From NCBI GenBank assembly GCA_964433415.1, contig CAYSQM010000006.1, positions 2,755 to 66,754 of the forward strand: DNA of 64,000 nt, read 5' to 3'. The notes under the pieces were generated by a model that saw only the letters and a program-made list of their open reading frames with translations, ran no database searches and was not told the DNA's origin. The position numbers were made by a program, and so were the translations under genes. The stretch comes from an uncultured Pseudomonadota bacterium. Its GTDB lineage: Bacteria > Babelota > Babeliae > Babelales > CAIQNR01. Shown piece by piece: positions 38,319 to 47,547 of the stretch (its first letter is position 1; each line of letters begins with the position of its first letter).

Positions 38319-39357
38319 GTTGCTGCCCTTCGCTTATTGACAAAGAAAGATTAATTTCTTCTTTTTCTTCTTCTTCTTCTTCTTTTTCTTCTTCTTCATT
38401 ACTTAATTCATCATCGCTCGAAGGAGTACACGATGCTTCTTGATTAGGATCTAAACAAGAAAAACCAGTAGCCCAAAAATTTACTTTTTCCTTTAACTTT
38501 TCAAATAATTCACCATCACCTGCCAAAAGATTACCTTCAATATCTAATTTTTGTAGACCTTCAATGGATAAAATTTCTTCAGCACAAAGGGTCTTAAGTT
38601 GATTATCTGAAAGATTAAGCTGATATAGTTTATTATATAATCCTTCAAATTGGCCCTTTATTATTTGTTTCAATTTATTATGGCTAAGATCTAAATCATG
38701 CAATTTAGATGAACCTATAAACGTTTTTTGACCAATATTTTCAATCTTATTATAACTAAGATTTAAATCTCTCAAATTAATCAAACCTATAAGCATTTCT
38801 GCATTAATTTCTTTAAACTCATTATGACTAAGATCTAATTTTTTTAAATGCACACAGCCTTCAAAAAAACTCGGCTCTATTTTTTGCAATTTACTATGAG
38901 AAATATACAATTCATTTAAATATTTAAAATCAGAAAGACTATTTATGCCATCATAAGAAAGACTATTTATGCCATCAAGTGAAGTGAAAAATAAATGATT
39001 CAAATGAAGAGCTGAACGATATTGGTCATAACTGAATTTAGATATAATACCATTAAGATTAGGGTCTTCTTTAATCAAATCTTGTAGTGATAATGAATAA
39101 TTCTGAGGGTACAGTTCTTCACATTTTTTTTCTAATTTAGACTTTTCTTTAGACCAAAATTCACGGCCAACATACGCCACCGGGACAAAGCCTCTTACCC
39201 CATAATTTTTTTTCAATTCCACCATAGCTAATCTCAGAATTTCTTCTTTTTCTGATGATTGTGAGCAACTCTCTTCTTCTAACATTTGCTCTGCTGCAGT
39301 GACAATGCTACAGCTTAAAAAACTCATTAAAAAAACAAACAATCCCATTTTCACCAT
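38155..39357 (-). CDS. secreted leucine-rich-repeat protein, paralog with identical C-terminal tail ending CVIS
   Basis: Signal peptide MVKMGLFVFLMSFLSCSIVTA. LRRs include LKKLDLSHNEFKEI, LRDLNLSYNKIENI, LHDLDLSHNKLKQI and LYQLNLSDNQLKTL. Poly-Glu tract EEEKEEEEEEKEE; the last ~50 aa are identical to the neighbour. Confidence 0.8.
   Translation of the reverse strand: MVKMGLFVFLMSFLSCSIVTAAEQMLEEESCSQSSEKEEILRLAMVELKKNYGVRGFVPVAYVGREFWSKEKSKLEKKCEELYPQNYSLSLQDLIKEDPNLNGIISKFSYDQYRSALHLNHLFFTSLDGINSLSYDGINSLSDFKYLNELYISHSKLQKIEPSFFEGCVHLKKLDLSHNEFKEINAEMLIGLINLRDLNLSYNKIENIGQKTFIGSSKLHDLDLSHNKLKQIIKGQFEGLYNKLYQLNLSDNQLKTLCAEEILSIEGLQKLDIEGNLLAGDGELFEKLKEKVNFWATGFSCLDPNQEASCTPSSDDELSNEEEEKEEEEEEKEEINLSLSISEGQQPESVMERVLSFPVNHPLIAAATASAVLVAAAIVSRNPAKARRAAEGMRNRCVIS
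38932..38979. repeat. 24-bp in-frame tandem duplication inside the LRR gene
   Basis: AGAAAGACTATTTATGCCATCA occurs at 38932 and again at 38956, encoding DGINSLSYDGINSLSD. Confidence 0.85.
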
Positions 39358-39609
39358 TTTTTTCCTTATCTATCTATAAAAGCTAACTCATAATTAATAA
39401 CTGTAATTATAGAATATCAAAAATACCTACTTTGACAACCAAGGCTTATAGCATATATGGCAAGCTTATAAAGGACTAAAATAATAAAAATGCTCTGCCA
39501 TTATTTTTTATTTAAGCTTAAATAAAAAATGCTTGAACTAAATTGGGCAGAATAAAAAAACAATTTTCATAAAATATGTATATACTTAAAAGAAAACTAG
39601 GGATGACTT

Positions 39610-41223
39610 ATGGATAAAATTATGAAATTTATTTTTGTAACAGGTGGTGTGTTAAGTTCTGTAGGAAAAGGTATTGTTGCTGGATCACTTGGAAAAATTT
39701 TAAAAACAGATGGCGTTAAAATTGGTGTTCAAAAACTTGACCCCTATATCAACGTGGATCCTGGCACTATGTCGCCCTATCAGCACGGTGAAGTTTTTGT
39801 AACAGAAGATGGCGCAGAAACAGATCTTGATCTTGGTCACTATGAACGTTTTTTAAATATCAGCCTCAAAAAATCATGCAGCGTTTCTGCTGGACAAATT
39901 TATGCACGTGTTTTAGAAAAAGAACGTGCAGGTCATTTTTTAGGTGGAACTATACAAGTTATTCCTCATATTACTCAAGAAATTAAGGAAGCTATAAAAT
40001 TAGCAGCTATAGAAACAAATGCAGAAGTTCTTATTGTTGAAGTTGGCGGCACCATTGGTGATGTTGAAGGATTACCTTTTTATGAAGCTATTAGACAAAT
40101 GCAATCTGATTATGGTAGAGAAAACACGCTCTTTGTTCATGTCACATGGTTACCATTTGTTCGTTCAACTAACGAACTTAAAACTAAACCTTCACAACAT
40201 TCACTGGCTGCATTGCGCTCTATTGGCATTACTCCAGATTTAGTTATTGCACGCGCAGATCATCCAGTTGATTTAGCTCTATGTAAAAAAATAGCCTCAT
40301 TTGCTAATCTTTCTGCTGAGCGTGTTATTCCTTTAGAAACTTTTGATAGTCCCTTTCAAGCTCCATTAGCTCTAGAACAATTTAATGTTAGTTCAATTAT
40401 TATGAAACATTTTTCATTAACAAAAAGTGTTGCTGACTGGAGTGCATGGAAAACTATGATTGCACAAAAAAAACAAATTAATAATAAAAAAATTAGTATA
40501 GCTCTTGTTGGTAAGTATATCACTCTTCATGATGCTTATATTAGCGTTAAAGAAGCGTTATTACATGCGGGGCAAAACAATAACGTCGATATAGAAATTC
40601 AATGGATTAATGCAGAAGAAGTAACTGATGAAACCGCGCCATTACTTTTTGATTCATGCGATGGCATTTTAGTTCCTGGAGGTTTTGGCAACCGCGCTGT
40701 TGAAGGTAAAATCTGTGCTGCTCGTTGGGCGCGTAATAATAATATACCTTACTTAGGGCTCTGCCTTGGCATGCAGGTTTTGTGTATTGAACTTGCTCGT
40801 GAATTTATTGACAAAGCTGCTCACTCAGTTGAATGCAACAAAGACACTCCAGCACCAATTGTAGCTCTTATGGATGCACAACAAGATGTGACTCAAAAAG
40901 GGGGAACTATGCGATTGGGTGTTTACCCTTGTACTTTAGTTAAAGGAAGTAAAGCGGCACAAGCATATGAACAGGCTGGCCAGACTTCAGGGGTTGTTTA
41001 TGAGCGCCATAGACATCGATTTGAAGTCAATAATAAATATCGCAAAGAACTTGAAGCTGCCGGTATAATTATTTCTGGAACTTCGCCCGATGGTAATTTA
41101 GTGGAAATTGTTGAAATTAAAAATCATCCTTTTATGATTGCAAGCCAATTTCACCCAGAGTTTTTATCTCGCCCTCAAAATCCGCATCCATTATTTACAG
41201 CATTTATTAAAGCGATTATTTAG
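39610..41223 (+). CDS. pyrG: CTP synthase
   Basis: FVTGGVLSSVGKGI, GGTIGDVEGLPF, and glutaminase motifs GLCLGMQ and FHPEF. Confidence 0.95.
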   Translation: MDKIMKFIFVTGGVLSSVGKGIVAGSLGKILKTDGVKIGVQKLDPYINVDPGTMSPYQHGEVFVTEDGAETDLDLGHYERFLNISLKKSCSVSAGQIYARVLEKERAGHFLGGTIQVIPHITQEIKEAIKLAAIETNAEVLIVEVGGTIGDVEGLPFYEAIRQMQSDYGRENTLFVHVTWLPFVRSTNELKTKPSQHSLAALRSIGITPDLVIARADHPVDLALCKKIASFANLSAERVIPLETFDSPFQAPLALEQFNVSSIIMKHFSLTKSVADWSAWKTMIAQKKQINNKKISIALVGKYITLHDAYISVKEALLHAGQNNNVDIEIQWINAEEVTDETAPLLFDSCDGILVPGGFGNRAVEGKICAARWARNNNIPYLGLCLGMQVLCIELAREFIDKAAHSVECNKDTPAPIVALMDAQQDVTQKGGTMRLGVYPCTLVKGSKAAQAYEQAGQTSGVVYERHRHRFEVNNKYRKELEAAGIIISGTSPDGNLVEIVEIKNHPFMIASQFHPEFLSRPQNPHPLFTAFIKAII

Positions 41224-41381
41224 GCTTGTTTAAAGAATTTCAACCAAAAGAAGCTGGTGATCAAATTTTACTAATCAAAGAGTATTTGGTACCCTAGTAA
41301 CGAGTGAATGTCGTACGCTTTAAGCAACAATTCAGCCTATTTAAGGCTTTATCATTACATTTATGAGAGGATTATTCACAC

Positions 41382-43859
41382 ATGGTTAAAAAAACTAAAA
41401 ATGAACTCAATAAAATTTTAGAACAAGAAGAATTAGACAAATTAGATGGACAAGACGAAGTTTTAGATGATATCACAGAAGGTATGTTCGAAAACTTTTT
41501 AGCATTATTACCTCTCAAAAACGTAGTATTGCTCCCAAAAAGCATCTTGCCAGTAATAGTTGGCAGAGCATCATCTATTAAAGCCGTTGAATTTGCACTT
41601 AAACAAAATAAAGTAATTTTCATCAGTACACAAAAAAGTGCTGAAATTGAACTGCCAAAAGAGCAAGATATTTTCACTCATGGCACACGTGCAACTATTT
41701 TACAAGTTATGCGCATGCCAAACGGATCACTCAAAATCTTGGTTGAAGGCTTGTGTCGTGCAACAATAATTGAAACGATTCCCTATGAAGATTTTATGGG
41801 TGTTTATTACGAAGATGCTCCAACCATTTATCCTAAAAAACCATCTGTTCTTTTAGGAACTTGGCGCACTGTAAAAGAACTTTATCAATCGTACGCAAAA
41901 CTTAATGATAAAATCCCACAAGATTTAATGATTTCTACCGAAAATCCAGAAGATATCGATTTTATTGTTGATACGGTAGCCGTACACGTTAATCTTACCT
42001 TTCAACAACGCCAAGAATTACTAGAAACAGTAAAGCTTGAAGACCGTATGTTACTTATTGCTGACTATCTAAAAAATGAAATAGAAATTTTAGAAGTTGA
42101 ACAACGCATTAAAGGTAGAGTCCAAACTCAAGTTGAAAAAAATCAACGTGAATATTATTTAACTGAACAAATTAAAGCTATTCATAAAGAACTAGGGCGC
42201 GAAGACCAACAAGGTGAACTTGGCACTATTAAAGATACTTTAAAAAAATTAAATCCACCTAAAGAAGTAATAGAAAAGGTTGAAAAAGAATTAAAACGCT
42301 TAGAACAAATGCCTCCTTTTTCTTCTGAAGCAGTAGTAAGTCGAAACTATATTGATTGGGTTATTTCATTACCGTGGCATAAAACAAGCAAAGACCGAAT
42401 AAGTTTATCTCAAGCAGAAAAAATACTTGATAAACAACATGCAGGGCTTAAAAAAGTCAAAGAGCGTGTTATTGAATTTCTTGCTGCAAAAAAATTCTCT
42501 AAATCACTAGAGCGCTCCCCTATCATTTGTTTAGTTGGCCCTCCAGGTGTAGGAAAAACTTCACTTGCAAAATCAATCTCAGAAAGCTTAGGGCGTGAAT
42601 TTGTACGCATTTCTCTTGGTGGCATTAAAGATGAAGCCGAAATACGTGGTCATCGCCGTACTTACATTGGAGCATTACCAGGTAAGATTATCCAAGCGAT
42701 GAAAAAAGCAAGCACCATTAACCCTGTGATTCTTTTTGATGAAATTGATAAAATGTCCATGGATATTCATGGAGATCCTGCTTCTGCATTGCTTGAAGTG
42801 CTCGATCCTGAACAAAATAAAACCTTTGTTGATCACTTTTTAGATGTAGAATATGATCTTTCAAAAGTTATGTTTGTAACCACTGCAAATAGTATTGATT
42901 CTATTCCTTATCCATTATTTGACCGCATGGAAATAATTAGTCTTTCTGGCTATACAGATGATGAAAAATTACAAATTTGTAAAAAATTTTTAATACCAAA
43001 AAATTTAACTGAATATAGTCTTAGTGAAAAACAATGCAAAATTAACGATGAAATTATAAAAATAATTATCAGCTCTTACACTAAAGAAGCTGGCGTTCGT
43101 CAACTTGAACGAATCGTTACAAAACTTATGCGTAAATCTATTCAGATTCTTTTAAAAGAAAAATCGACTCTCTCTGTTACAATAACTGATGAACTTTTAA
43201 AAAAATGGCTTGGGAACCCTCATTTCAGAAAATCTAATATCAGTACTAATGGAACAACGGGGCTTGCAACAGGCCTTGCCTGGACAGAGCTTGGTGGCGA
43301 TGTACTAGAAACTGAAGTTGCTATATTGCCAGGAAAAGGTAATACCACCTTAACTGGACAACTTGGTGAAGTAATGCAAGAATCTGCACAAGCAGCGTTA
43401 AGTTATATTCGCTCACGTGCAAGCGAGCTTGAATTACCAAAGAACTTCCATAGCAACAAAGATATTCATATACATTTACCAGAAGGCGCTACTCCAAAAG
43501 ATGGTCCATCTGCTGGTATTACCATGTGCGTTGCAGTAGTTTCTGCATTAACACAAAAACCGGTTCGGCCACAACTTGCCATGACTGGTGAAATTACTTT
43601 GCGTGGACGCGTTCTTGCTGTTGGTGGATTAAAAGAAAAACTTTTAGCTGCACAACAATATGGTATCACTATGGTTATTGTTCCGTTTGAAAATCGTGAA
43701 GATATTGAAGAGATTTTAAAAGATATTACCCTTAATCTTGAAATAAAATTTGTAAAAAGTATGGATGAAGTTCTGGCAATAGCATTGACTGAACCACTTA
43801 TTTCTAAGAAAGCAACTGCAAAGAAAACTGTAAAAAAAACTACACAAAAAAGAAAATAA
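41382..43859 (+). CDS. lon: ATP-dependent Lon protease
   Basis: Walker A GPPGVGKTS, Walker B ILFDEIDK, protease site PKDGPSAGITM and catalytic Lys context GGLKEKLLAA. Confidence 0.95.
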   Translation: MVKKTKNELNKILEQEELDKLDGQDEVLDDITEGMFENFLALLPLKNVVLLPKSILPVIVGRASSIKAVEFALKQNKVIFISTQKSAEIELPKEQDIFTHGTRATILQVMRMPNGSLKILVEGLCRATIIETIPYEDFMGVYYEDAPTIYPKKPSVLLGTWRTVKELYQSYAKLNDKIPQDLMISTENPEDIDFIVDTVAVHVNLTFQQRQELLETVKLEDRMLLIADYLKNEIEILEVEQRIKGRVQTQVEKNQREYYLTEQIKAIHKELGREDQQGELGTIKDTLKKLNPPKEVIEKVEKELKRLEQMPPFSSEAVVSRNYIDWVISLPWHKTSKDRISLSQAEKILDKQHAGLKKVKERVIEFLAAKKFSKSLERSPIICLVGPPGVGKTSLAKSISESLGREFVRISLGGIKDEAEIRGHRRTYIGALPGKIIQAMKKASTINPVILFDEIDKMSMDIHGDPASALLEVLDPEQNKTFVDHFLDVEYDLSKVMFVTTANSIDSIPYPLFDRMEIISLSGYTDDEKLQICKKFLIPKNLTEYSLSEKQCKINDEIIKIIISSYTKEAGVRQLERIVTKLMRKSIQILLKEKSTLSVTITDELLKKWLGNPHFRKSNISTNGTTGLATGLAWTELGGDVLETEVAILPGKGNTTLTGQLGEVMQESAQAALSYIRSRASELELPKNFHSNKDIHIHLPEGATPKDGPSAGITMCVAVVSALTQKPVRPQLAMTGEITLRGRVLAVGGLKEKLLAAQQYGITMVIVPFENREDIEEILKDITLNLEIKFVKSMDEVLAIALTEPLISKKATAKKTVKKTTQKRK

Positions 43860-43916
43860 CGATAACCTAATAGATGACGTATAATTTTTTATTTACACAT
43901 TTTATCAAGGATTCTT

Positions 43917-44066
43917 ATGAACAAAAAATTTGCAGTGTTGTTATGTATTGGGACTATTCTTGTATTACCTGGTTGCGGAAAAAAAGAAGAAACCATTGAA
44001 AAAGCTACTTCAACAGAAAATGTGGTAAGAAGCGCAGTAACTAAAGAAATTATAGAACAAGCGTAA
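43917..44066 (+). CDS. small lipoprotein (49 aa, below the ORF-track cutoff)
   Basis: MNKKFAVLLCIGTILVLPGCGKKEE has a lipobox L-P-G-C. Followed 8 nt later by a strong terminator. Confidence 0.5.
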   Translation: MNKKFAVLLCIGTILVLPGCGKKEETIEKATSTENVVRSAVTKEIIEQA

Positions 44067-44073
44067 TAAAAAT

Positions 44074-44105
44074 AAAAAAGCGGGACTTAAACCTCCCGCT
44101 TTTTT
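44074..44105. terminator. bidirectional rho-independent terminator
   Basis: AAAAAA-AGCGGGA-cttaaacc-TCCCGCT-TTTTT: perfect 7-bp stem flanked by A- and T-runs, between convergent genes. Confidence 0.8.
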
Positions 44106-44173
44106 ATTGTATATTCATATCAAACTACTTTAATTAAATTAATATAGAATTTTTATTATTTTTAGTTATATAG

Positions 44174-44647
44174 TTACTCAAGGCAATTACCATCATTACA
44201 ATCACTAAAAACTAATTTTAATCCACCAAAAAATAATGCTGCAGTAGCTGCTGAAGTTGCGGCAATTGCTGCTGCGCCATAACCAAGATATGACCACACA
44301 CTACCACCAGACTTTAAGCCATTCTTTTTTACATATTTCATTTTATAAAATTGTTTTTTAGATATTTCTGGATATTTATTAATTACTTGTTGTGTTGCCT
44401 TTTCAATAGAATCAACTGAAAATTCTGTCATATTTAATTGCGCATAAAAATCATTAGAAAAATTATCAATCATTACCTGATCAATATTATTATCCTTCAA
44501 TAATGATGCAATCTGACTAATAAGAGCATCTTTTGCCTGCGTAATTTGCTCTACAGTAAGACCAATACTACTTGCAACTAAAGTAGCATCAAGCCTTTGA
44601 CCTATAAAACCTACTATTAAGGCTAATACTAATAAATTTTTCTTCAT
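44174..44647 (-). CDS. hypothetical protein with signal peptide and C-terminal Ala/Gly-rich hydrophobic segment
   Basis: MKKNLLVLALIVGFIG signal peptide; C-terminal YLGYGAAAIAATSAATAALFFGGLKLVF, then DCNDGNCLE. Confidence 0.55.
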   Translation of the reverse strand: MKKNLLVLALIVGFIGQRLDATLVASSIGLTVEQITQAKDALISQIASLLKDNNIDQVMIDNFSNDFYAQLNMTEFSVDSIEKATQQVINKYPEISKKQFYKMKYVKKNGLKSGGSVWSYLGYGAAAIAATSAATAALFFGGLKLVFSDCNDGNCLE

Positions 44648-44818
44648 TTAATTCTCCATCTATAATAGTTTTGTATTTTAAATTTCATAAAGACATCCTA
44701 GTTGGTTTATTTCTAATTGTAATTATACAAAAGATGGCGCGTACTAGTAAAGAGTTTTTTAATTTAAGAGTAAATCAAAATGATTCAGTCCTATATTGCG
44801 TTTAAAATACATTAATTT

Positions 44819-45490
44819 CTAAGAAATAACTGAATATAAATAATTAACAGTCGCTTCAACAGACAAATCACTATTATCTACCACTTGAGCATCCTTAGGA
44901 ACAGCAAGCGGAGAATTGTGACGCGAAAGATCTTTAATATCTCGCTCTTCAACTAATTTTACTGCTTGATCTAAAGTAAAAATATTACCACGTTTTTTTT
45001 GATCAACTTGCCAGCGAGCAGCACGTACCGTTAAATTTGCAGTCAAATAAAACTTATAATCAGCATGTGGAAAAACGACTGACCCGCTATCTCTGCCTTC
45101 AATCACTGCATCATATTTTTTAGCAAAAGCATGTTGAACTTCTGTGACTAATAAACGAACAAAAGGAATAGGACTAATAACTGCAACATAACGGTCAACT
45201 GAGCAATCTTTTAAAAACGAAGTAATATCAATACGATCATAATAAACTTTCCAACCATATTGCGCATCATAAGTATAATCAAGAGAACTTAATTGAACAC
45301 ATAATCTCACATCAGCTTCTTTTACGTCGACTAAATTTTGCTCTGTATAACCACACCGTAAAACTAAAAGATATGAAACTGCACGATATAATGCCCCAGT
45401 ATTTAAATAATAAAAGCCTAATTTTTTTGCTAAAAGTTCAGCAACTGTTGATTTACCGCTTGCCGTTGGCCCGTCAATAGTTATAATCAT
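44819..45490 (-). CDS. cmk: cytidylate kinase
   Basis: ITIDGPTASGKST P-loop, NTGALYRA and EGRDSGSVVFP. Confidence 0.9.
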   Translation of the reverse strand: MIITIDGPTASGKSTVAELLAKKLGFYYLNTGALYRAVSYLLVLRCGYTEQNLVDVKEADVRLCVQLSSLDYTYDAQYGWKVYYDRIDITSFLKDCSVDRYVAVISPIPFVRLLVTEVQHAFAKKYDAVIEGRDSGSVVFPHADYKFYLTANLTVRAARWQVDQKKRGNIFTLDQAVKLVEERDIKDLSRHNSPLAVPKDAQVVDNSDLSVEATVNYLYSVIS

Positions 45491-45555
45491 GCTTACCCCC
45501 TTTATATAAAAATCTTTATTTATTTAATCTGAACACTAAAATTACTTCACTCATT

Positions 45556-47313
45556 TTAGATGATAAGCATAGGATCATCTTTCAATCCTGCAACATCGCG
45601 ACCTAATAACTCAATAGAAACACGTCCTTGCCAATGATTTTCTGTAATTTGTACTGCTACTGAAAATGGCTCTTCACCTTGTGCAATCAATAAATCAAAC
45701 AAATCTGGACGATTAAAAAAAACTAAAGGCTTAATAACTCCATCCGCAAATATGGAACATTTAACATGCAAATCTTTTAACAATTGAGGCTTTTGTACTA
45801 ATGATACATTATTGATACAAAATATCGGTTCACTATTTTCTGCACCAAATGGTTCTAAATAAGCCATATCCTGACTTAATTTTTTACTAACATCAGTCAT
45901 AGAAATATCAGCATCTATAACAAGTGTATTAACAAAATCATCTAGGGTTAATTGCTCACGAGTTAATTTTTCTAATGCTTCTTTTAATTGTGGCATTTTA
46001 GCAACATCAAGCGCTAAACCAGCTGCTACTGCGTGCCCTCCAAATTGATCTAATAAATGAGCATTTTCTTGTAATGCCTCAAACATATTAAAAGCTCGTA
46101 ATGATCGACATGACCCTTTTGCTTTACCATCTTTAGTTAAATGAAATAATAAAACTGGGCGTGTATATTCATTCACCAAACGTGAAGCTACCAATCCAAT
46201 AACACCAGCTGGCCAATTATTACTCGCCGCCATAATAATATTTTCTTTACTTAAATCAATAGTGCCATTTTGAACTAACCGTTGTACATCTTCAAAAATT
46301 GACCGTTCAATTTCTTTGCGTGCTTGATTTAATTGAAACAAAATATTCCCAATAAATGCAGTCTCTTTTTGGTCTGAACCTAATAAAAACTGCACCCCCT
46401 GCCGTGGATCTTCTAAACGGCCAAGTGCATTAATTTGTGGTGCAATTTTAAATCCAATATCAGTTGATTTAATGACTGGTGCAGTAACTTTACCATTACT
46501 CTTTAACACGTCTAACGACATGCTTGATGCATTATTTATCCATTGCAATCCATAACGAACCCAATAACGATTTTCACCTTGCAAGGGCACTACATCAGCC
46601 ACCGTTCCTAACAATAGAAGTTCGTATGCTTTATCAGGCATTGGTTTTTGTAAAATTTCATATAATAACGAAAGAACTTTAAATGTTACCCCAACTCCAG
46701 CAAATTCTTTAAACGGGTACTTGCACTCTTTTTGATGAGGGTTTACTAATGCAAAAGCATCAGGCACTGTACCGTGTGGTTTGTGATGGTCGGTAATAAT
46801 CAAATCAATACCTAGTTCTTTTGCCAAAAGAGCCGGCTGAAAAGCTGTTGTTCCATTATCAACAGTAATAATAACCTTATAGCCATTCTCTGCTGCACGT
46901 TTTACAATTTTAGTAGAAAGGCCGTAGCCATCTTTTACGCGATTAGGTAAATAAAAATTAACGAGTGCACCAAGAGGCTGTAAACAGATCATCATTAAAG
47001 CTGATGATGTAATACCGTCAACATCGTAGTCACCAAATACTAAAATTTTTTCTTTATTTTCTATGGCAAGACGGATGCGATCAACTGCCTTTTGAGCATC
47101 TTTCATACTGCTCGCACTTAACACATTATTTTCATAAGTACTAAATAAATATGCATCTATCTTATCAAACTCAGTATACCCTCGAGCAACCAAGGCCTTT
47201 GCCAACGGTATAGCCAATGAATATTTTACCGCAATACTTAATACCAGATCCATATCAACAGCTGGTAGCTGCCATGCATATTTTGTGCCACGGATAACCT
47301 GTGATGTATTCAT
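45556..47313 (-). CDS. recJ: single-stranded-DNA-specific exonuclease RecJ
   Basis: DHH-family motifs FGDYDVDGITS, ITVDNGT, ITDHHKP and GGHAVAAG. Confidence 0.9.
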   Translation of the reverse strand: MNTSQVIRGTKYAWQLPAVDMDLVLSIAVKYSLAIPLAKALVARGYTEFDKIDAYLFSTYENNVLSASSMKDAQKAVDRIRLAIENKEKILVFGDYDVDGITSSALMMICLQPLGALVNFYLPNRVKDGYGLSTKIVKRAAENGYKVIITVDNGTTAFQPALLAKELGIDLIITDHHKPHGTVPDAFALVNPHQKECKYPFKEFAGVGVTFKVLSLLYEILQKPMPDKAYELLLLGTVADVVPLQGENRYWVRYGLQWINNASSMSLDVLKSNGKVTAPVIKSTDIGFKIAPQINALGRLEDPRQGVQFLLGSDQKETAFIGNILFQLNQARKEIERSIFEDVQRLVQNGTIDLSKENIIMAASNNWPAGVIGLVASRLVNEYTRPVLLFHLTKDGKAKGSCRSLRAFNMFEALQENAHLLDQFGGHAVAAGLALDVAKMPQLKEALEKLTREQLTLDDFVNTLVIDADISMTDVSKKLSQDMAYLEPFGAENSEPIFCINNVSLVQKPQLLKDLHVKCSIFADGVIKPLVFFNRPDLFDLLIAQGEEPFSVAVQITENHWQGRVSIELLGRDVAGLKDDPMLII

Positions 47314-47547
47314 TATTTAAAAGCACCCTTTAGATCAATTTATTTTTTTATGAAAGCACTTTATTTAAGCTTAAATTTTCTATTACTTTTTTAAGTGACC
47401 ATAAGTATAAAATATTTCTCTCAATAAGACCATGTCTTCACTAATAGACCTTCGTTAGGCTCAAATCCCCATTTGACTAAATAATGATTTAGTTTAAAAT
47501 TATACTAATAGAAATATTTCAACGAATTCGACAAATGGAGAAATCTA

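Noticed and set aside
39432-39460. TTGACA followed by a TATATG/ATATGG-like element upstream of pyrG, considered as a promoter.
   Set aside because: The -10 match is poor and the spacing ambiguous. In AT-rich DNA such hexamers are too frequent to call without transcript data.
41372-41677. 101-aa minus-strand ORF overlapping the lon 5' end.
   Set aside because: It is antisense to the conserved Lon N-domain coding sequence, with no independent support.
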